Positions 29,517-42,458 of a stretch of DNA of 49,091 nucleotides are shown piece after piece. The stretch comes from an uncultured Gammaproteobacteria bacterium. Lineage in GTDB: Bacteria; Pseudomonadota; Gammaproteobacteria; Pseudomonadales; UBA7434. The notes beneath the pieces are model-generated. The model did not search any database. It had not been told where the DNA came from and saw only the letters and a list, made by a program, of their open reading frames with translations. How positions within the stretch are numbered: position 1 is the first letter of the stretch; each line of letters begins with the position of its first letter. The stretch lies in NCBI GenBank assembly GCA_963968645.1, contig CAXAHI010000003.1:1-49091 (forward strand), given 5' to 3'. Position numbers and translations under genes: made by a program.

Positions 29517-31220
29517 ATGTCTAATAAGCAAACCCAACAGTTGAATCATCGAGGTCATGCATTGCCTGGTAGCGCGACTGTGTCTAGCAGTTCGGCGAGT
29601 GGCTCGGTTAACCATGCTGGTCGCAGTGTTAAAAGCCAAGAACAGTTTAAACAATATTTGAGTAACTACCGTTTTGAGCGTGATCCATTTTCGGATACGG
29701 GAGCGAGTGGTTTATATTTTACTGGTGGTGGCCGCAAAGAGGCGGTGGAATCTCTGCTACATTACTCGCGCTATGGCAGTACGCCGGTTTTTTTAACAGG
29801 TCATATTGGTTGTGGTAAAACGACGACTTTAAAGGCGTTGATTAGTGAGCTAGAAAGCGATGTTGATGTCGCAGTTGTTCCTGCTTTGTTAATGGTTACG
29901 CCGAGTCAGTTTTTTATCGCAATTGCTAGCGGTTTTGGCGTTGAGTCAATGATCGATAACGTCATGGACTTGGCGGGTATTACTCAGCAATTACTAGCGT
30001 TATTCAGAGACAATGCGGCCAGTGAAAGACAGTCGTTTCTTTGTATTGATAATATTCAAGATTTACCCACAGATGTTGTGAATGCGCTTTTTGAATTACT
30101 TGCGCTTGCCGATGGTGATTTAGGCGTTTTATTGGTGGGAGAGCAGGCGGCGACAGCGGTGTTAGAAGCTGCTGCCGAGCAAAGCGATCTCTTATTAAAT
30201 CGCATTGAGCTGGCTACTTTTGACCAGCAAGATGTGAGTGCCTATGTTAAATATAGGCTTGATGCGGTGGGTTATGGTGGTGAATTCCCTTTAAGTGAGA
30301 TGCAATTACAGGCGCTCAGCTATCGAAGTCAGGGCAGTCTTGCGCAGATTCACTCCGTTGCGCGCAGTATGTTGATAGCGGGTATGGATAATGTCAAAAG
30401 TGAGCGCTCACCTTTTCCGATAACACATCTATTAGCATTGATCTTTTTAACGCTTTTAATCGTAATAGGTTGGAGGCACGAAAAGTCTGCCGAGGTTATT
30501 GCTGAGCCCGAGCCCATTGTATTAGAGCCTGCCGTTCGGGCCGAGGTTGAGTTGCCAAAAATTGAGCCTTTAGCGGTTAAGTCATTAGGCGTTGATAGCC
30601 TTATTGATGATAAGCAAGGTGAATCTAAGACGAGTGATGTTAATGAGGCCATCGCCTCTGAGGTTGCTTCTGCTATAGATGATATGCCGGCTGATAAAAC
30701 CGTTGAAGAGGTTAGGGAGGTCCTTAATGCTTTAGTGGAGGATACTAATCTTAGTGATTCAGCATTACTGAGCAGCCCAGCTATTACGGTGACTGCCGAT
30801 AATGGAGATGCCGATACAATCTCTGCGGTCGAAGCGTCGACCTCAGACAGCGTTGTTGAGCGAGTTGAGCCATCAGCAGAGGCGGTAAAGGCTAAAACGC
30901 ATTCAGCGCATAAGCGTTTAATGGCATGGCCGCAAGTGGGTTATGCATTACAGATTTTTGGTACACACAATGCAAAGCGGGCCAAACAGCTAGTAGAGCA
31001 GTATTTTGGTGAGGCCGACCTGTTGTTTTATGAGACGCGGCATAATGGACGTCCTTGGTACGTTGTTGTTAACGGACCTTATACTGGTCGAGAGGCCGCT
31101 AAATTGAGTATTGAGCAGTTACCTGAGGGTTTACAACGTTTACGCCCTTGGCCAAGAAATATCGCCAGTATTCAGGCTGATATCCGACGTTTTGGTGCTG
31201 CCGTAGCTGCCGATCAATAG
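29517..31220 (+). CDS. DamX-like protein: ExeA-like AAA domain, TM, acidic linker, SPOR domain
   Basis: Walker A GHIGCGKTT, single TM, C-terminal YALQI...WYVVV.G.Y..RE.A...LP..LQ...PWPR; downstream of aroB. Confidence 0.85.
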   Translation: MSNKQTQQLNHRGHALPGSATVSSSSASGSVNHAGRSVKSQEQFKQYLSNYRFERDPFSDTGASGLYFTGGGRKEAVESLLHYSRYGSTPVFLTGHIGCGKTTTLKALISELESDVDVAVVPALLMVTPSQFFIAIASGFGVESMIDNVMDLAGITQQLLALFRDNAASERQSFLCIDNIQDLPTDVVNALFELLALADGDLGVLLVGEQAATAVLEAAAEQSDLLLNRIELATFDQQDVSAYVKYRLDAVGYGGEFPLSEMQLQALSYRSQGSLAQIHSVARSMLIAGMDNVKSERSPFPITHLLALIFLTLLIVIGWRHEKSAEVIAEPEPIVLEPAVRAEVELPKIEPLAVKSLGVDSLIDDKQGESKTSDVNEAIASEVASAIDDMPADKTVEEVREVLNALVEDTNLSDSALLSSPAITVTADNGDADTISAVEASTSDSVVERVEPSAEAVKAKTHSAHKRLMAWPQVGYALQIFGTHNAKRAKQLVEQYFGEADLLFYETRHNGRPWYVVVNGPYTGREAAKLSIEQLPEGLQRLRPWPRNIASIQADIRRFGAAVAADQ

Positions 31221-31432
31221 CTGCACCTTACAAGGTATATTAAATAGTGCTATTAATGCTTAAAATGGCCTTGCGAGTACGAGGCTGAGTAATGAGAATA
31301 ATGTTTGAGATAGTGCTTCGATAACCTCGATCTATGGGCTTTTAGCCTCTCTAATGAGTTGTTTCACTTATTTTTTGCACGCGATGGGTTTGCTACCTTG
31401 AAAATGCGTGCTTGAGCGCGGAAAATGTGTAA

Positions 31433-31461
31433 TTGTTCACAATCGCGCTTACGTGTAGAAT
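31433..31461 (+). promoter_or_regulatory. Putative sigma70 promoter of gltBD
   Basis: TTGTTC-17 bp-TAGAAT about 100 bp upstream of gltB. Confidence 0.45.
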
Positions 31462-31558
31462 ACACCCCCCATTTTGGTCTGACCTGCGTTTTTTGATCTC
31501 AATGGTGTTGTGTAAGTTATTATTATAATTAAAGTTTTTCTTCTTTTGGAAGCGTTAT

Positions 31559-34500
31559 ATGAGTAAAGGTCTTTACCGTCCTGAGGAATTCCGGGACAAC
31601 TGTGGTTTTGGTTTAATCGCCCACCTTAAGGGTGATGCTAGTCATCGCCTGCTATCTACTGCTATCGAGTCATTAACATGTATGACGCATCGAGGCGGAA
31701 TTGCGCCTGATGGTAAGACAGGAGATGGCTGCGGCTTACTGTTTAGCAAGCCTGACGCTTTTCTTCGCACAGTTGCTAAAGATGAAGCCGGTATTACGCT
31801 ACCTGAAAATTATGCGGTCTCGATGTTATTTCTTAACCGCGAAGCTGCCATTCAATCTGATCAGAAAGCGCAGATAGAAAGCGTGCTTGTTGCTCAAGGT
31901 TTAAAACCGCTGGGCTGGCGTCTAGTTCCAGTTGATAGCAGCGTGCTAGGTCGAATTGCACTCGGCAATATGCCTGATATTTACCAACTCTTTATTGGCT
32001 TTGCTGACTCAGAAGAGAGCAAAGATAATGCCCATGAAGCTGAATTGTTTATCGCTCGTCGTTTACTCGAAAAAGCGCTAACGGGTTCGCCTGATTTTTA
32101 TATCTGTAGTTTTTCTACACAAGTTATTGCCTATAAAGGCTTGATGATGCCGGTTGATTTAACGGGCTTCTATCTTGACTTAGCCGATGAGCGCATCGCC
32201 GCTTCGATCTGCGTATTCCATCAGCGCTTTTCAACCAATACTTTACCGCAGTGGCCGTTAGCGCAGCCGTTTAGAATGTTGGCGCACAATGGTGAAATCA
32301 ATACTATTTTGGGTAACCGAAATTGGTCTGATGCGCGACGCAAAAAGTTTGTATCACCTGCGCTCGGTGATATTGATGCCATAGCGCCATTGGTTAATCG
32401 CTCGGGTTCTGATTCTTCTAGCTTGGATAATATGCTAGAAGTGTTAACCGTGGGTGGTGTCGATCTTTACCGTGCAGCGCGCATGTTAGTGCCGCCCGCT
32501 TGGCAAAATGTTGAAACGATGGATGCCGACTTACGCGCATTCTATGAATACAATTCCATGCATATGGAGCCTTGGGATGGTCCGGCCGGTTTAGTAGTCA
32601 CCGACGGTCGTCAGGCTGTTTGTATGCTTGATCGTAATGGCTTGCGTCCAGCACGCTACGTTATTACTAAAGATAATTTTATTACCTTGGCATCTGAAAC
32701 AGGCACCTATGCTTACAAGCCAGAAGATGTTGTTGATAAAGGCCGTGTTGGACCGGGTCAGATGTTGGCAGTAGATACTGTGACAGGTGAGCTGCTTCAT
32801 ACCGCCGATATCGATGCGAAGTTAAAACAAGGCCAGCCTTATAAAAAATGGCTACAAGAGCATGCCATTCGCGTTGAAAGTCACTTTGGTCAATCGAGTG
32901 ATGTTCCACAAGGTCCTGACAGTATTGATCGTGATGCTTTTCATGTCAGCATGAAAATGTTTCAGGTTTCCTTTGAAGAGCGTGATCAAGTGTTGCGTCC
33001 ATTAGCTGAGTCGGGTCAGGAAGCGACAGGTTCAATGGGTGATGATACGCCGATGGCTGTATTATCGAAAAAGCAGCGCTCGCTATATGATTATTTTAGA
33101 CAGCAGTTTGCACAGGTTACCAATCCTCCGATCGATCCATTGCGTGAATCCATTGTTATGTCATTGGAAACTTGTATTGGCTCTGAACGCAGCGTATTTG
33201 AAGAAACGCCAGACCATGCGCGACGTATGATTTTTGCATCGCCAGTTTTATCGCCGGGTAAATTCCGCGCGGTTTGTGATCCAGAAGGCAGAGGTAAGGC
33301 GTTAGATAAAGATGTTGCGGATTATTTCCCTGTCCATTATATCGACTTAAATTTTGATACATCGGTAATGGATGTTGAGCAAGCCATAAGCGCTATTTGT
33401 GACAATGCAGAAGCTGCCGTTATAGATGGTAAAGTTATTTTAGTGCTTGATGACAGTAAGTTATCGGGTGAGCGTTTACCGGTTCACGCCTTAATGGCGA
33501 CGGGTGCCGTGCATCATCGCTTGGTTCAAAAAGGTTTGCGTTGTGATGCCAACATCGTTGTTAAAAGTGGTACCGCTCGTGATCCTCACCATATAGCCAC
33601 GTTAATTGGTTTTGGTGCCACGGCTGTTTATCCTTATCTTGCTTACCAAGTGATTGAAGATTTAATTGAGTCGGGTGAATTACTTGGCGATCCAATGTCA
33701 TTGTTTGCTAATTTCCGCAAAGGCATTAATAAAGGCCTGTTAAAAATTCTCTCGAAGATGGGTATATCAACCGTCGCATCGTATCGTGGTGCACAGTTGT
33801 TTGAAGCCGTTGGTATTGCCGATGAAATTGTTGACCTATGTTTCTGCGGTGTTGCTAGTCGTATTAAGGGAGCAGGCTTTGTCGACTTCCAAAATGATCA
33901 GCAAATTGTTGCGCAGCAAGCTTGGTTAAATCGCAAGCCGATTGATCAAGGTGGTTTACTAAAATTTGTTCACGGTGGTGAGTATCACGCGTTTAATCCT
34001 GACGTTGTGCAATCATTACAACGTGCCGTACAAAGTGGTGAGTACTCGCAATACAAAGAGTATGCGACCTTAGTGAATGATCGCCCCATTGCGACACTGC
34101 GTGATCTACTTGCATTAAAAACCGATGGTGAAGCCATTGAAATTGAAAACGTTGAGCCTATAGAAGCTATTCTTAAGCGCTTTGATTCAGCGGGTATGTC
34201 TTTAGGTGCGTTGTCACCCGAAGCGCATGAAGGATTAGCCATGGCCATGAATGGCATGGGTGGTCGATCGAATTCCGGTGAAGGCGGTGAAGATCCTGCG
34301 CGTTACGGTACGAATCGTGTTTCAAAAATAAAACAAATTGCTTCGGGTCGTTTTGGTGTAACGCCTGCGTATTTAGTTAACGCAGAAGTGTTGCAAATTA
34401 AAATTGCTCAAGGCGCAAAGCCAGGCGAAGGTGGTCAGCTTCCTGGTGGTAAAGTGAATGCATTAATTGCACGCTTGCGTCACTCAGTGCCGGGGGTGAC

Positions 34501-36058
34501 ATTAATTTCACCGCCACCGCATCACGATATTTATTCGATTGAAGATTTAGCACAATTAATTTTTGATCTAAAACAAGTTAACCCGTTGGCTTTAGTCTCT
34601 GTTAAATTGGTTTCTGAGCCGGGCGTAGGAACCATTGCCGCAGGTGTAGCAAAAGCCTATGCCGACTTGATTACCATTTCAGGTTATGACGGTGGTACGG
34701 CGGCGAGTCCATTAACATCGATTCGTAATGCAGGTTCACCTTGGGAATTAGGTCTTGCAGAAACGCATCAGGCGCTTCGTATTAATCAGTTGCGCGGTAA
34801 AGTTCGCGTGCAAACCGATGGTGGTTTAAAAACGGGTCTTGATGTTATTAAGGCGGCTATTTTGGGTGCCGAAACATTTGGCTTTGGTACTGCGCCAATG
34901 GTTGCGCTGGGTTGTAAATACCTACGTATCTGTCACTTGAATAATTGTGCGACAGGTGTCGCCACTCAAAACGAACAACTGCGTGATGAGCATTACATTG
35001 GCACCGCAGAAATGGCGACTAACTTCTTTAAATTTGTCGCAGAAGAAACGCGTGAATGGTTGGCGATGCTAGGCGTGTCTAGTCTTGGTGATTTAGTCGG
35101 CCGCACAGAATTGTTAGAAATGCTTCCGGGTCATACCGCTAAGCAGGGCAAGTTGGACTTGAGTCCAATGTTGTATAACGATGCGATTCCTGCCGATGCA
35201 CCGCAGACGTGTCAGGTGCCATTTAATAGTCCGTTTGATCAAGGCAAACTTGCTGAGATTATGGTTGAAAAAGCTTTAACGGCTATTCAAACAAAAGCGG
35301 GCGGCAGTTATGACTATGATGTTACTAACTGTGACCGATCAATTGGTGCGCGCTTGTCGGGTGAAATTGCTCGCTTGCACGGTAATGCGGGTATGGCCGA
35401 TACGCCAATACAACTTAATTTAACTGGCACCGTCGGTCAAAGTTTTGGTGTATGGAATGCCGGTGGTTTAAATATGCATTTAACCGGTGATGCGAATGAT
35501 TATGTGGGCAAAGGTATGGCCGGTGGTGAGTTAGTTGTAGTGCCGCCGCCTAACAGTGCTTTCGAATCGCGTCACACGCCTATTTTAGGTAACACCTGTT
35601 TGTATGGTGCAACGGGCGGTAAATTATTAGCAGCGGGTCGAGCCGGCGAAAGATTTGCAGTAAGAAACTCTGGCGCTCATACCGTTATTGAGGGTGCGGG
35701 CGATCATTGTTGTGAATATATGACGGGCGGCATTGTGACTGTCTTAGGTGATACGGGCTACAACTTTGGTGCGGGCATGACAGGTGGTCTTGCTTATGTA
35801 CTCGATGAAGATCGACAATTTGTTGATCGTTATAATCATGAGTTAGTAGAGATTTGTCGTATTAACACCGAGAGCTTTGAACCTTATAAGCAGCATTTAC
35901 GTGGCATTATTCAAGAGTTCGCAGAGCGAACAGGAAGTGAATGGGGCGCGCATTTAGCGGCTAATTTTGACGATTACTTGAGACTCTTTTGGTTAGTAAA
36001 ACCAAAAGCGGCTAATTTAGCTGTGCTGCTCGATAGTGTGCGTTCGCGCGCAGCGTAA
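31559..36058 (+). CDS. gltB: Glutamate synthase large subunit
   Basis: [41 protein letters not shown], 3Fe-4S Cys cluster, GXGXG repeats. Confidence 0.99.
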   Translation: MSKGLYRPEEFRDNCGFGLIAHLKGDASHRLLSTAIESLTCMTHRGGIAPDGKTGDGCGLLFSKPDAFLRTVAKDEAGITLPENYAVSMLFLNREAAIQSDQKAQIESVLVAQGLKPLGWRLVPVDSSVLGRIALGNMPDIYQLFIGFADSEESKDNAHEAELFIARRLLEKALTGSPDFYICSFSTQVIAYKGLMMPVDLTGFYLDLADERIAASICVFHQRFSTNTLPQWPLAQPFRMLAHNGEINTILGNRNWSDARRKKFVSPALGDIDAIAPLVNRSGSDSSSLDNMLEVLTVGGVDLYRAARMLVPPAWQNVETMDADLRAFYEYNSMHMEPWDGPAGLVVTDGRQAVCMLDRNGLRPARYVITKDNFITLASETGTYAYKPEDVVDKGRVGPGQMLAVDTVTGELLHTADIDAKLKQGQPYKKWLQEHAIRVESHFGQSSDVPQGPDSIDRDAFHVSMKMFQVSFEERDQVLRPLAESGQEATGSMGDDTPMAVLSKKQRSLYDYFRQQFAQVTNPPIDPLRESIVMSLETCIGSERSVFEETPDHARRMIFASPVLSPGKFRAVCDPEGRGKALDKDVADYFPVHYIDLNFDTSVMDVEQAISAICDNAEAAVIDGKVILVLDDSKLSGERLPVHALMATGAVHHRLVQKGLRCDANIVVKSGTARDPHHIATLIGFGATAVYPYLAYQVIEDLIESGELLGDPMSLFANFRKGINKGLLKILSKMGISTVASYRGAQLFEAVGIADEIVDLCFCGVASRIKGAGFVDFQNDQQIVAQQAWLNRKPIDQGGLLKFVHGGEYHAFNPDVVQSLQRAVQSGEYSQYKEYATLVNDRPIATLRDLLALKTDGEAIEIENVEPIEAILKRFDSAGMSLGALSPEAHEGLAMAMNGMGGRSNSGEGGEDPARYGTNRVSKIKQIASGRFGVTPAYLVNAEVLQIKIAQGAKPGEGGQLPGGKVNALIARLRHSVPGVTLISPPPHHDIYSIEDLAQLIFDLKQVNPLALVSVKLVSEPGVGTIAAGVAKAYADLITISGYDGGTAASPLTSIRNAGSPWELGLAETHQALRINQLRGKVRVQTDGGLKTGLDVIKAAILGAETFGFGTAPMVALGCKYLRICHLNNCATGVATQNEQLRDEHYIGTAEMATNFFKFVAEETREWLAMLGVSSLGDLVGRTELLEMLPGHTAKQGKLDLSPMLYNDAIPADAPQTCQVPFNSPFDQGKLAEIMVEKALTAIQTKAGGSYDYDVTNCDRSIGARLSGEIARLHGNAGMADTPIQLNLTGTVGQSFGVWNAGGLNMHLTGDANDYVGKGMAGGELVVVPPPNSAFESRHTPILGNTCLYGATGGKLLAAGRAGERFAVRNSGAHTVIEGAGDHCCEYMTGGIVTVLGDTGYNFGAGMTGGLAYVLDEDRQFVDRYNHELVEICRINTESFEPYKQHLRGIIQEFAERTGSEWGAHLAANFDDYLRLFWLVKPKAANLAVLLDSVRSRAA

Positions 36059-36081
36059 CTAAATTTTCGATTTGGATTTGA

Positions 36082-37563
<1,482 letters not shown>

Positions 37564-37703
37564 GTCGTAATGTCTAGCCCTTAGAGTGTAGGTTTAAGGG
37601 CGCCAGCTTTTACTTATACACTTTAGTGTTACGATTTTTATTTAGTATTTTCTTATGGCCCTAGACTTTCGTCAGGGCCTCAATTTATTTGGATACGGTC
37701 TTT

Positions 37704-38780
37704 ATGTTTCCAGCATTAAAAAATGATACTTTTCTCCGCGCGCTTATGCGACAGCCTGTCGATTACACACCCGTATGGATGATGCGACAAGCCGGGCGTT
37801 ATTTGCCGGAGTATCGCGCTACGCGTTCAAAAGCCGGTGACTTTATGTCGCTGTGTAGAAATACAGAGCTGGCATGCGAAGTGACTTTACAGCCATTAGC
37901 ACGCTATCCGCTTGATGCCGCCATTTTGTTTTCTGATATTCTGACTATTCCTGACGCTATGGGTTTAGGGCTTTATTTTGAAGAGGGCGAAGGACCTAAA
38001 TTTAAGCGACCGATTACATCGATGGCCGAAATCGAAAATTTATCGGTTGATGTTATGTCTGATCTGCAATACGTGACAGATGCGGTAACCATGATTCGTC
38101 GCGAGCTAAACGGCAGCATACCTTTGATTGGTTTTACAGGTAGCCCTTGGACACTGGCAACCTATATGGTTGAAGGTGGTTCAACACGAGAATTTAAAAA
38201 AATAAAAACTTTGTTGTATAAAGATCCTGCGGCACTGCATTTATTGTTAGATAAGTTGGCAACGGTTGTTGCGATTTATTTGAATGCGCAAATTGATGCT
38301 GGCGCGCAAGTGGTACAAATATTTGATACATGGGGAGGCGTGTTAAGTGACTCAGCCTACCTAGAATTTTCTTTGCGTTATACTCAAAAAATCATTAGCC
38401 AATTAAACGTTGAGCGAGACGATGGAACCGTTGTGCCGGTTATTGCCTTTACTAAAGGCGGTGCGCCTTGGTTAGACGCAATGAGTCATTGTGGTAGTCA
38501 TGCTTTAGGTTTGGATTGGTCAGTCAATATTGGTGAAGTGCGAAGCCAAATTGGTGAGCGAGTAGCGCTGCAGGGGAATATGGACCCAGCTATTTTACGC
38601 GCACCAATAGCAACGATAGAAGCAGAGGTGCAAAGAATTCTTGCTTCATTTGGGCATCACTCAGATAACAGCGGCCATATTTTTAACTTGGGCCATGGTA
38701 TTACACCCGATATAGACCCTGAGCATGCGGGAGCTTTTATTGCTGCTGTAAAACAGTATTCACCTCAATACCATCAATAG
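37704..38780 (+). CDS. hemE: Uroporphyrinogen decarboxylase
   Basis: [41 protein letters not shown] 37704 preferred over TTG 37689. Confidence 0.98.
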   Translation: MFPALKNDTFLRALMRQPVDYTPVWMMRQAGRYLPEYRATRSKAGDFMSLCRNTELACEVTLQPLARYPLDAAILFSDILTIPDAMGLGLYFEEGEGPKFKRPITSMAEIENLSVDVMSDLQYVTDAVTMIRRELNGSIPLIGFTGSPWTLATYMVEGGSTREFKKIKTLLYKDPAALHLLLDKLATVVAIYLNAQIDAGAQVVQIFDTWGGVLSDSAYLEFSLRYTQKIISQLNVERDDGTVVPVIAFTKGGAPWLDAMSHCGSHALGLDWSVNIGEVRSQIGERVALQGNMDPAILRAPIATIEAEVQRILASFGHHSDNSGHIFNLGHGITPDIDPEHAGAFIAAVKQYSPQYHQ

Positions 38781-38837
38781 AATAATATCGCCAATAGTCC
38801 AAAATTATCGTTAAACATTTAAATGGTATTGCATGTA

Positions 38838-38877
38838 AAACACCTTTCTATTTTTGAGTAAAAATAGGAAGGTGTTT
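38838..38877. terminator. 18-bp stem hairpin between convergent hemE and proB, probable bidirectional terminator
   Basis: AAACACCTTTCTATTTTT-GAGT-AAAAATAGGAAGGTGTTT (one G-U pair). Confidence 0.6.
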
Positions 38878-38998
38878 ACAGATGCTAGCGTTTCAAAAAT
38901 AGAAAAAAGAGTTCAGAGGTTGACTGATTGCGGATTGTTAGCAAACGGAAATTAATATATTTAAGCTAGTCATAGATATACATTAGCATGAGCCGAAT

Positions 38999-39769
38999 TC
39001 AATTCGGTTCATCGGCAACAAACAACGTCCCGCTAATTTGACGACCTTCCAGCAAAAAGGCTTCTGCTGTGGTTAAGTCAAATCCACTGCATAAAAACAT
39101 TTTTTGTCCGTAATTTAAAAGGTAATTCGCTGCTTTTAGCTTGGTCACGATGCCGCCAGTTGCAAATTTATTCGTTGGTGTATGTGATTGGGAAAGGGTC
39201 TCTTTGGGTAGGTGAGAAATACAAGGGATAATTTTGGCGTTATCATGTTCAGCTGGGTTTTTGTCATAATAGCCATGAATATCGCTCAGAATCACTAGTA
39301 GGTCGGAGTTAGTGTGATGAGCCACGTGTGCAGCTAATTGATCATTATCACCAAACAATTGTTCGGACGTTGTGGTGATATCATTTTCATTCACGATAGG
39401 CAGGATATCGTTTTCGAGCTGTGCATTGATGATTTGCTTAAAAATATCGATATGGGTGATTGAGTCAAAATCTTCTTCTGTAGTGAGTATTTGACCGATG
39501 TCGATATCATAAATATCAAACAGTTGCTTATAATTACTCATCAGAATAGGCTGGCCAACAGAGGCGAGTACTTTTTTACTGATATGCTCCTTACGATCTA
39601 ACCGCATTGCAGTGTAGCCAGCTGCAACTGCTCCAGACGATACCAGAACCACTTCATACATTTTTTTTAGTGAACCAATAAGAGAAACTAGATTTAGCAT
39701 TCTTTCTTTGGCAATCGCATTATTTTCAGTTAATACACTACTACCAACTTTTAACGTAATTCTCTGCAC
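38999..39769 (-). CDS. proB: Glutamate 5-kinase, short form without PUA domain
   Basis: KVGSS, VSSGAVAAG, GQ..LM, PIVNEND, FGDNDQL, TGGIVTKL.AA; GTG start with AGGAG SD. Confidence 0.95.
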   Translation of the reverse strand: MQRITLKVGSSVLTENNAIAKERMLNLVSLIGSLKKMYEVVLVSSGAVAAGYTAMRLDRKEHISKKVLASVGQPILMSNYKQLFDIYDIDIGQILTTEEDFDSITHIDIFKQIINAQLENDILPIVNENDITTTSEQLFGDNDQLAAHVAHHTNSDLLVILSDIHGYYDKNPAEHDNAKIIPCISHLPKETLSQSHTPTNKFATGGIVTKLKAANYLLNYGQKMFLCSGFDLTTAEAFLLEGRQISGTLFVADEPN

Positions 39770-39837
39770 TATGGCTCCTAAATTGTGGACGAAACTGGGT
39801 GAACATCTTTAAAACACGGAATACTAATCAACATTAA

Positions 39838-40653
39838 TTAGCTTAATTGCTGGTTCATATAAAGTGAAGGCATATCTTCATTCGGTGTGCCTACCACTTG
39901 AGCCGGCACGCCTGCTACCGCTGAGTGTGCTGGCACATCATTGAGAACAACGCTGCCTGCGCAAACCTGTGCGCCTTCACCAATATTGATATTGCCAAGA
40001 ATTTTACTACCTGCGCCAATCAATACGCCATCACCTATTTTGGGGTGGCGGTCACGTGTGTCTTTACCTGTGCCGCCTAGCGTCACCGATTGCATAATCG
40101 ATACATTGTTACCTACTACACTCGTTTCACCAATCACAATGCCTGTAGCGTGATCGAGCATAAGCCCAAAGCCGATTTTAGCAGCCGGGTGAATGTCGAC
40201 GCCAAAGCAGTTGGAAATACGGCTTTGTAAAAACAGCGCTAGCTCATTTCGGTTTTGTGTCCAAAGCCAATGAGCAACACGGTAGGATTGCAGCGCGTGA
40301 TAGCCTTTATAATATAAAAAGGGAGTTCCACATTCACCGCAGGCGGAATCACGATCACGAATCGCGGCGATATCTTTAATGGCTGCATCAATAATATGAC
40401 TGTCTTGCGCAAAGCTTTCATTGATGACTTCACGCAAAGAGAGTGCAGACGCAGTAGCCGAACTGAGTAAATTGGATAGATGAAAAGCCAGCGAAGAAGC
40501 GAAACCATCGTGATTCAATATAGTGGTGTGCAAAAAGCTCGTTAGAATAGGCTCATTAGCGGCTTCTTTAGTAGCCTCTTTGCGAATGCAATCCCATATT
40601 TCATTTTTTAAGATACTCATGTCTTTATCTGACGATAGGTTCTGTTTGGACAT
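39838..40653 (-). CDS. cysE: Serine O-acetyltransferase
   Basis: EP.L.SFL, RDSAC, KGYHALQ.YR..H.LW, VDIHPAA, DHATGIVIGET, TLGGTGK...RHPK, AGVPA. Confidence 0.96.
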   Translation of the reverse strand: MSKQNLSSDKDMSILKNEIWDCIRKEATKEAANEPILTSFLHTTILNHDGFASSLAFHLSNLLSSATASALSLREVINESFAQDSHIIDAAIKDIAAIRDRDSACGECGTPFLYYKGYHALQSYRVAHWLWTQNRNELALFLQSRISNCFGVDIHPAAKIGFGLMLDHATGIVIGETSVVGNNVSIMQSVTLGGTGKDTRDRHPKIGDGVLIGAGSKILGNINIGEGAQVCAGSVVLNDVPAHSAVAGVPAQVVGTPNEDMPSLYMNQQLS

Positions 40654-40709
40654 AATAATAAAATCTCCGAAAACGGCTGAATCACAATAGAAAGATTCTG
40701 GTCGTCAGC

Positions 40710-41432
40710 TTAGTCGCTGTCAATATCTAGATTGGCATTTAATTGCCAAAGTGTTTGTTCGCTGCTGTGGTACTTCGCTTCAAAGTCCGAAATATAGTCT
40801 GCTTCAGTGACTGTAAGCGGCTGGACAGTAGCGGTGTGTTTTACCAAGGCTAGCGCCATAGCAAACTCCTCAAGATACACTGGCCAGTTACTGCGTAGCT
40901 CAATTTTACCGCCAAGGGCAAGAATTTGGCCAAATACCGGTGAGCCATGCCAGCGGCGTTTAAGATGATGCTTTTTAGGCCAAGGGTTCGGGTAAAGAAT
41001 AAAGTGATGCTGCAGCTTAATATTGTCGTTAGCCGCTAGTCGCCAAAAATCGATAAGATCGGCTCTTACATGACAATAATTTTTTTTATGCTCGGTTGCT
41101 GAGGTTTCAGCTGCCAGTTTATTGATTCTATGATGAGATTTATCGATACCGATAATGAAAGCGTTAGGATATTTTTCTGCTAAATTCAGTGTGCTTTTAC
41201 CGTTGCCGCAGCCAGAGTCAAAAATGACATGGGGTTTATTGATCTGTGATATGGCATATTGATAGGCATCGATATTGTGCTGAGCAATAGGCCGCTTAAA
41301 TTCAGTCGACAGGTGCTTAGTGACGACCCCAGAAAGATTGTCATGTTCGGCAGCTTGGTTGCTGACAACGCTGCGAGACCTTGATAACGTCGGCGATAAG
41401 GTCGACGGTGATAGCGGTAGTTCTGATTTCAT
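40710..41432 (-). CDS. TrmB-like SAM-dependent methyltransferase
   Basis: DSGCG.G.ST, GIDKS..R, YPNPWPKK.H..RRWHG, ELRSNW..Y, S.FE.KY; divergent TrmB-family pattern. Confidence 0.75.
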   Translation of the reverse strand: MKSELPLSPSTLSPTLSRSRSVVSNQAAEHDNLSGVVTKHLSTEFKRPIAQHNIDAYQYAISQINKPHVIFDSGCGNGKSTLNLAEKYPNAFIIGIDKSHHRINKLAAETSATEHKKNYCHVRADLIDFWRLAANDNIKLQHHFILYPNPWPKKHHLKRRWHGSPVFGQILALGGKIELRSNWPVYLEEFAMALALVKHTATVQPLTVTEADYISDFEAKYHSSEQTLWQLNANLDIDSD

Positions 41433-41619
41433 AAGTTCGGACTAATAAATCCTGATGAATAAGCAAGTATTAAGCAATAGCGGCTCACTAATCGATTGAA
41501 TACGAATCACATGGTATAACGTAGTTTGTTTATTATCATCTTTTGAGTGGCGTTTAATAAAATATACCAATGCCTATATTGTCTTAATGAATGATGACTT
41601 ATAAAAATAGAGAGAAAAA

Positions 41620-42354
41620 GTGATGCAAAAAGATTGCCGGCCTTACTGGGTAAAAAAAACGTATTTGACATTACGTAGTTGGTATGTCAAAAATTATTTA
41701 CGGCCTCATTTTTCTGCAATGGGTGATTATGGAACCTTCATGGGGCCATGGTACATAAACGTTAGTGGTGATGATATCTCCTTGGGGCGCTGCGCCACGA
41801 TTGTTGCTGAGGCCGATCGTCATGTTTCTCTTGGTATTTGGGGAGAGACCCCAGGTGAGGGAGAAATATCGATTGGTGATTATGTGATGATTTCGCCAGG
41901 GGTTCGCATTAGTGCAGCTAAAAGTATTACGATTGGTGATAGCTGTATGATTGCCAACGGTGCTTATATTACGGATTCGGATTGGCACGGCATTTATGAT
42001 CGCGTCTCACATACTCAAGTCAGTAAGCCGGTGACTATTGCTGATAATGTTTGGATTGGTGACCATGCCACTATTTTAAAAGGCGTTACTATTGGTGAAA
42101 ATAGTATAGTGGCAGCAGGCGCTGTGGTGAGTAAGAATGTTGCTGCTAATACTGTCGTCGCTGGTAATCCGGCGACAAAAATTAAAGATCTTGACCCGCA
42201 AGCTGAATTTAAAACGCGGGCCGATTTTTTTGCAGATCCAATAGCGTTGCAAAAGCAGTTTGATGATTTAGATCGTATGGTGCTGCAAGGGAATAAATTT
42301 TGGCCATGGTTGCTAGGGTTTTTCTGGCCGAAGTCAAAAAAAGATAATAAATAG
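41620..42354 (+). CDS. Hexapeptide-repeat (LbH) acyltransferase
   Basis: ITDSDWH, VTIADNVWIG..ATILKGVTIGENSIVAAGAVV, AGNPA. Confidence 0.88.
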   Translation: MMQKDCRPYWVKKTYLTLRSWYVKNYLRPHFSAMGDYGTFMGPWYINVSGDDISLGRCATIVAEADRHVSLGIWGETPGEGEISIGDYVMISPGVRISAAKSITIGDSCMIANGAYITDSDWHGIYDRVSHTQVSKPVTIADNVWIGDHATILKGVTIGENSIVAAGAVVSKNVAANTVVAGNPATKIKDLDPQAEFKTRADFFADPIALQKQFDDLDRMVLQGNKFWPWLLGFFWPKSKKDNK

Positions 42355-42357
42355 TTA

Positions 42358-42417
42358 AGTAGGTGGTTTTTTAGATGGCTTGTTAGGTTGCATGTTAGGT
42401 GATTAGTTAGGTAGCTA
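42358..42417. repeat. Degenerate 12-bp tandem repeat, five units
   Basis: AGTAGGTGGTTT/TTTAGATGGCTT/GTTAGGTTGCAT/GTTAGGTGATTA/GTTAGGTAGCTA; GTTAGGT at 42382, 42394, 42406. Confidence 0.55.
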
Positions 42418-42458
42418 AGTGAATTGCTGTATAGAAAAAAAGGTAGAAGGACGAAAGA

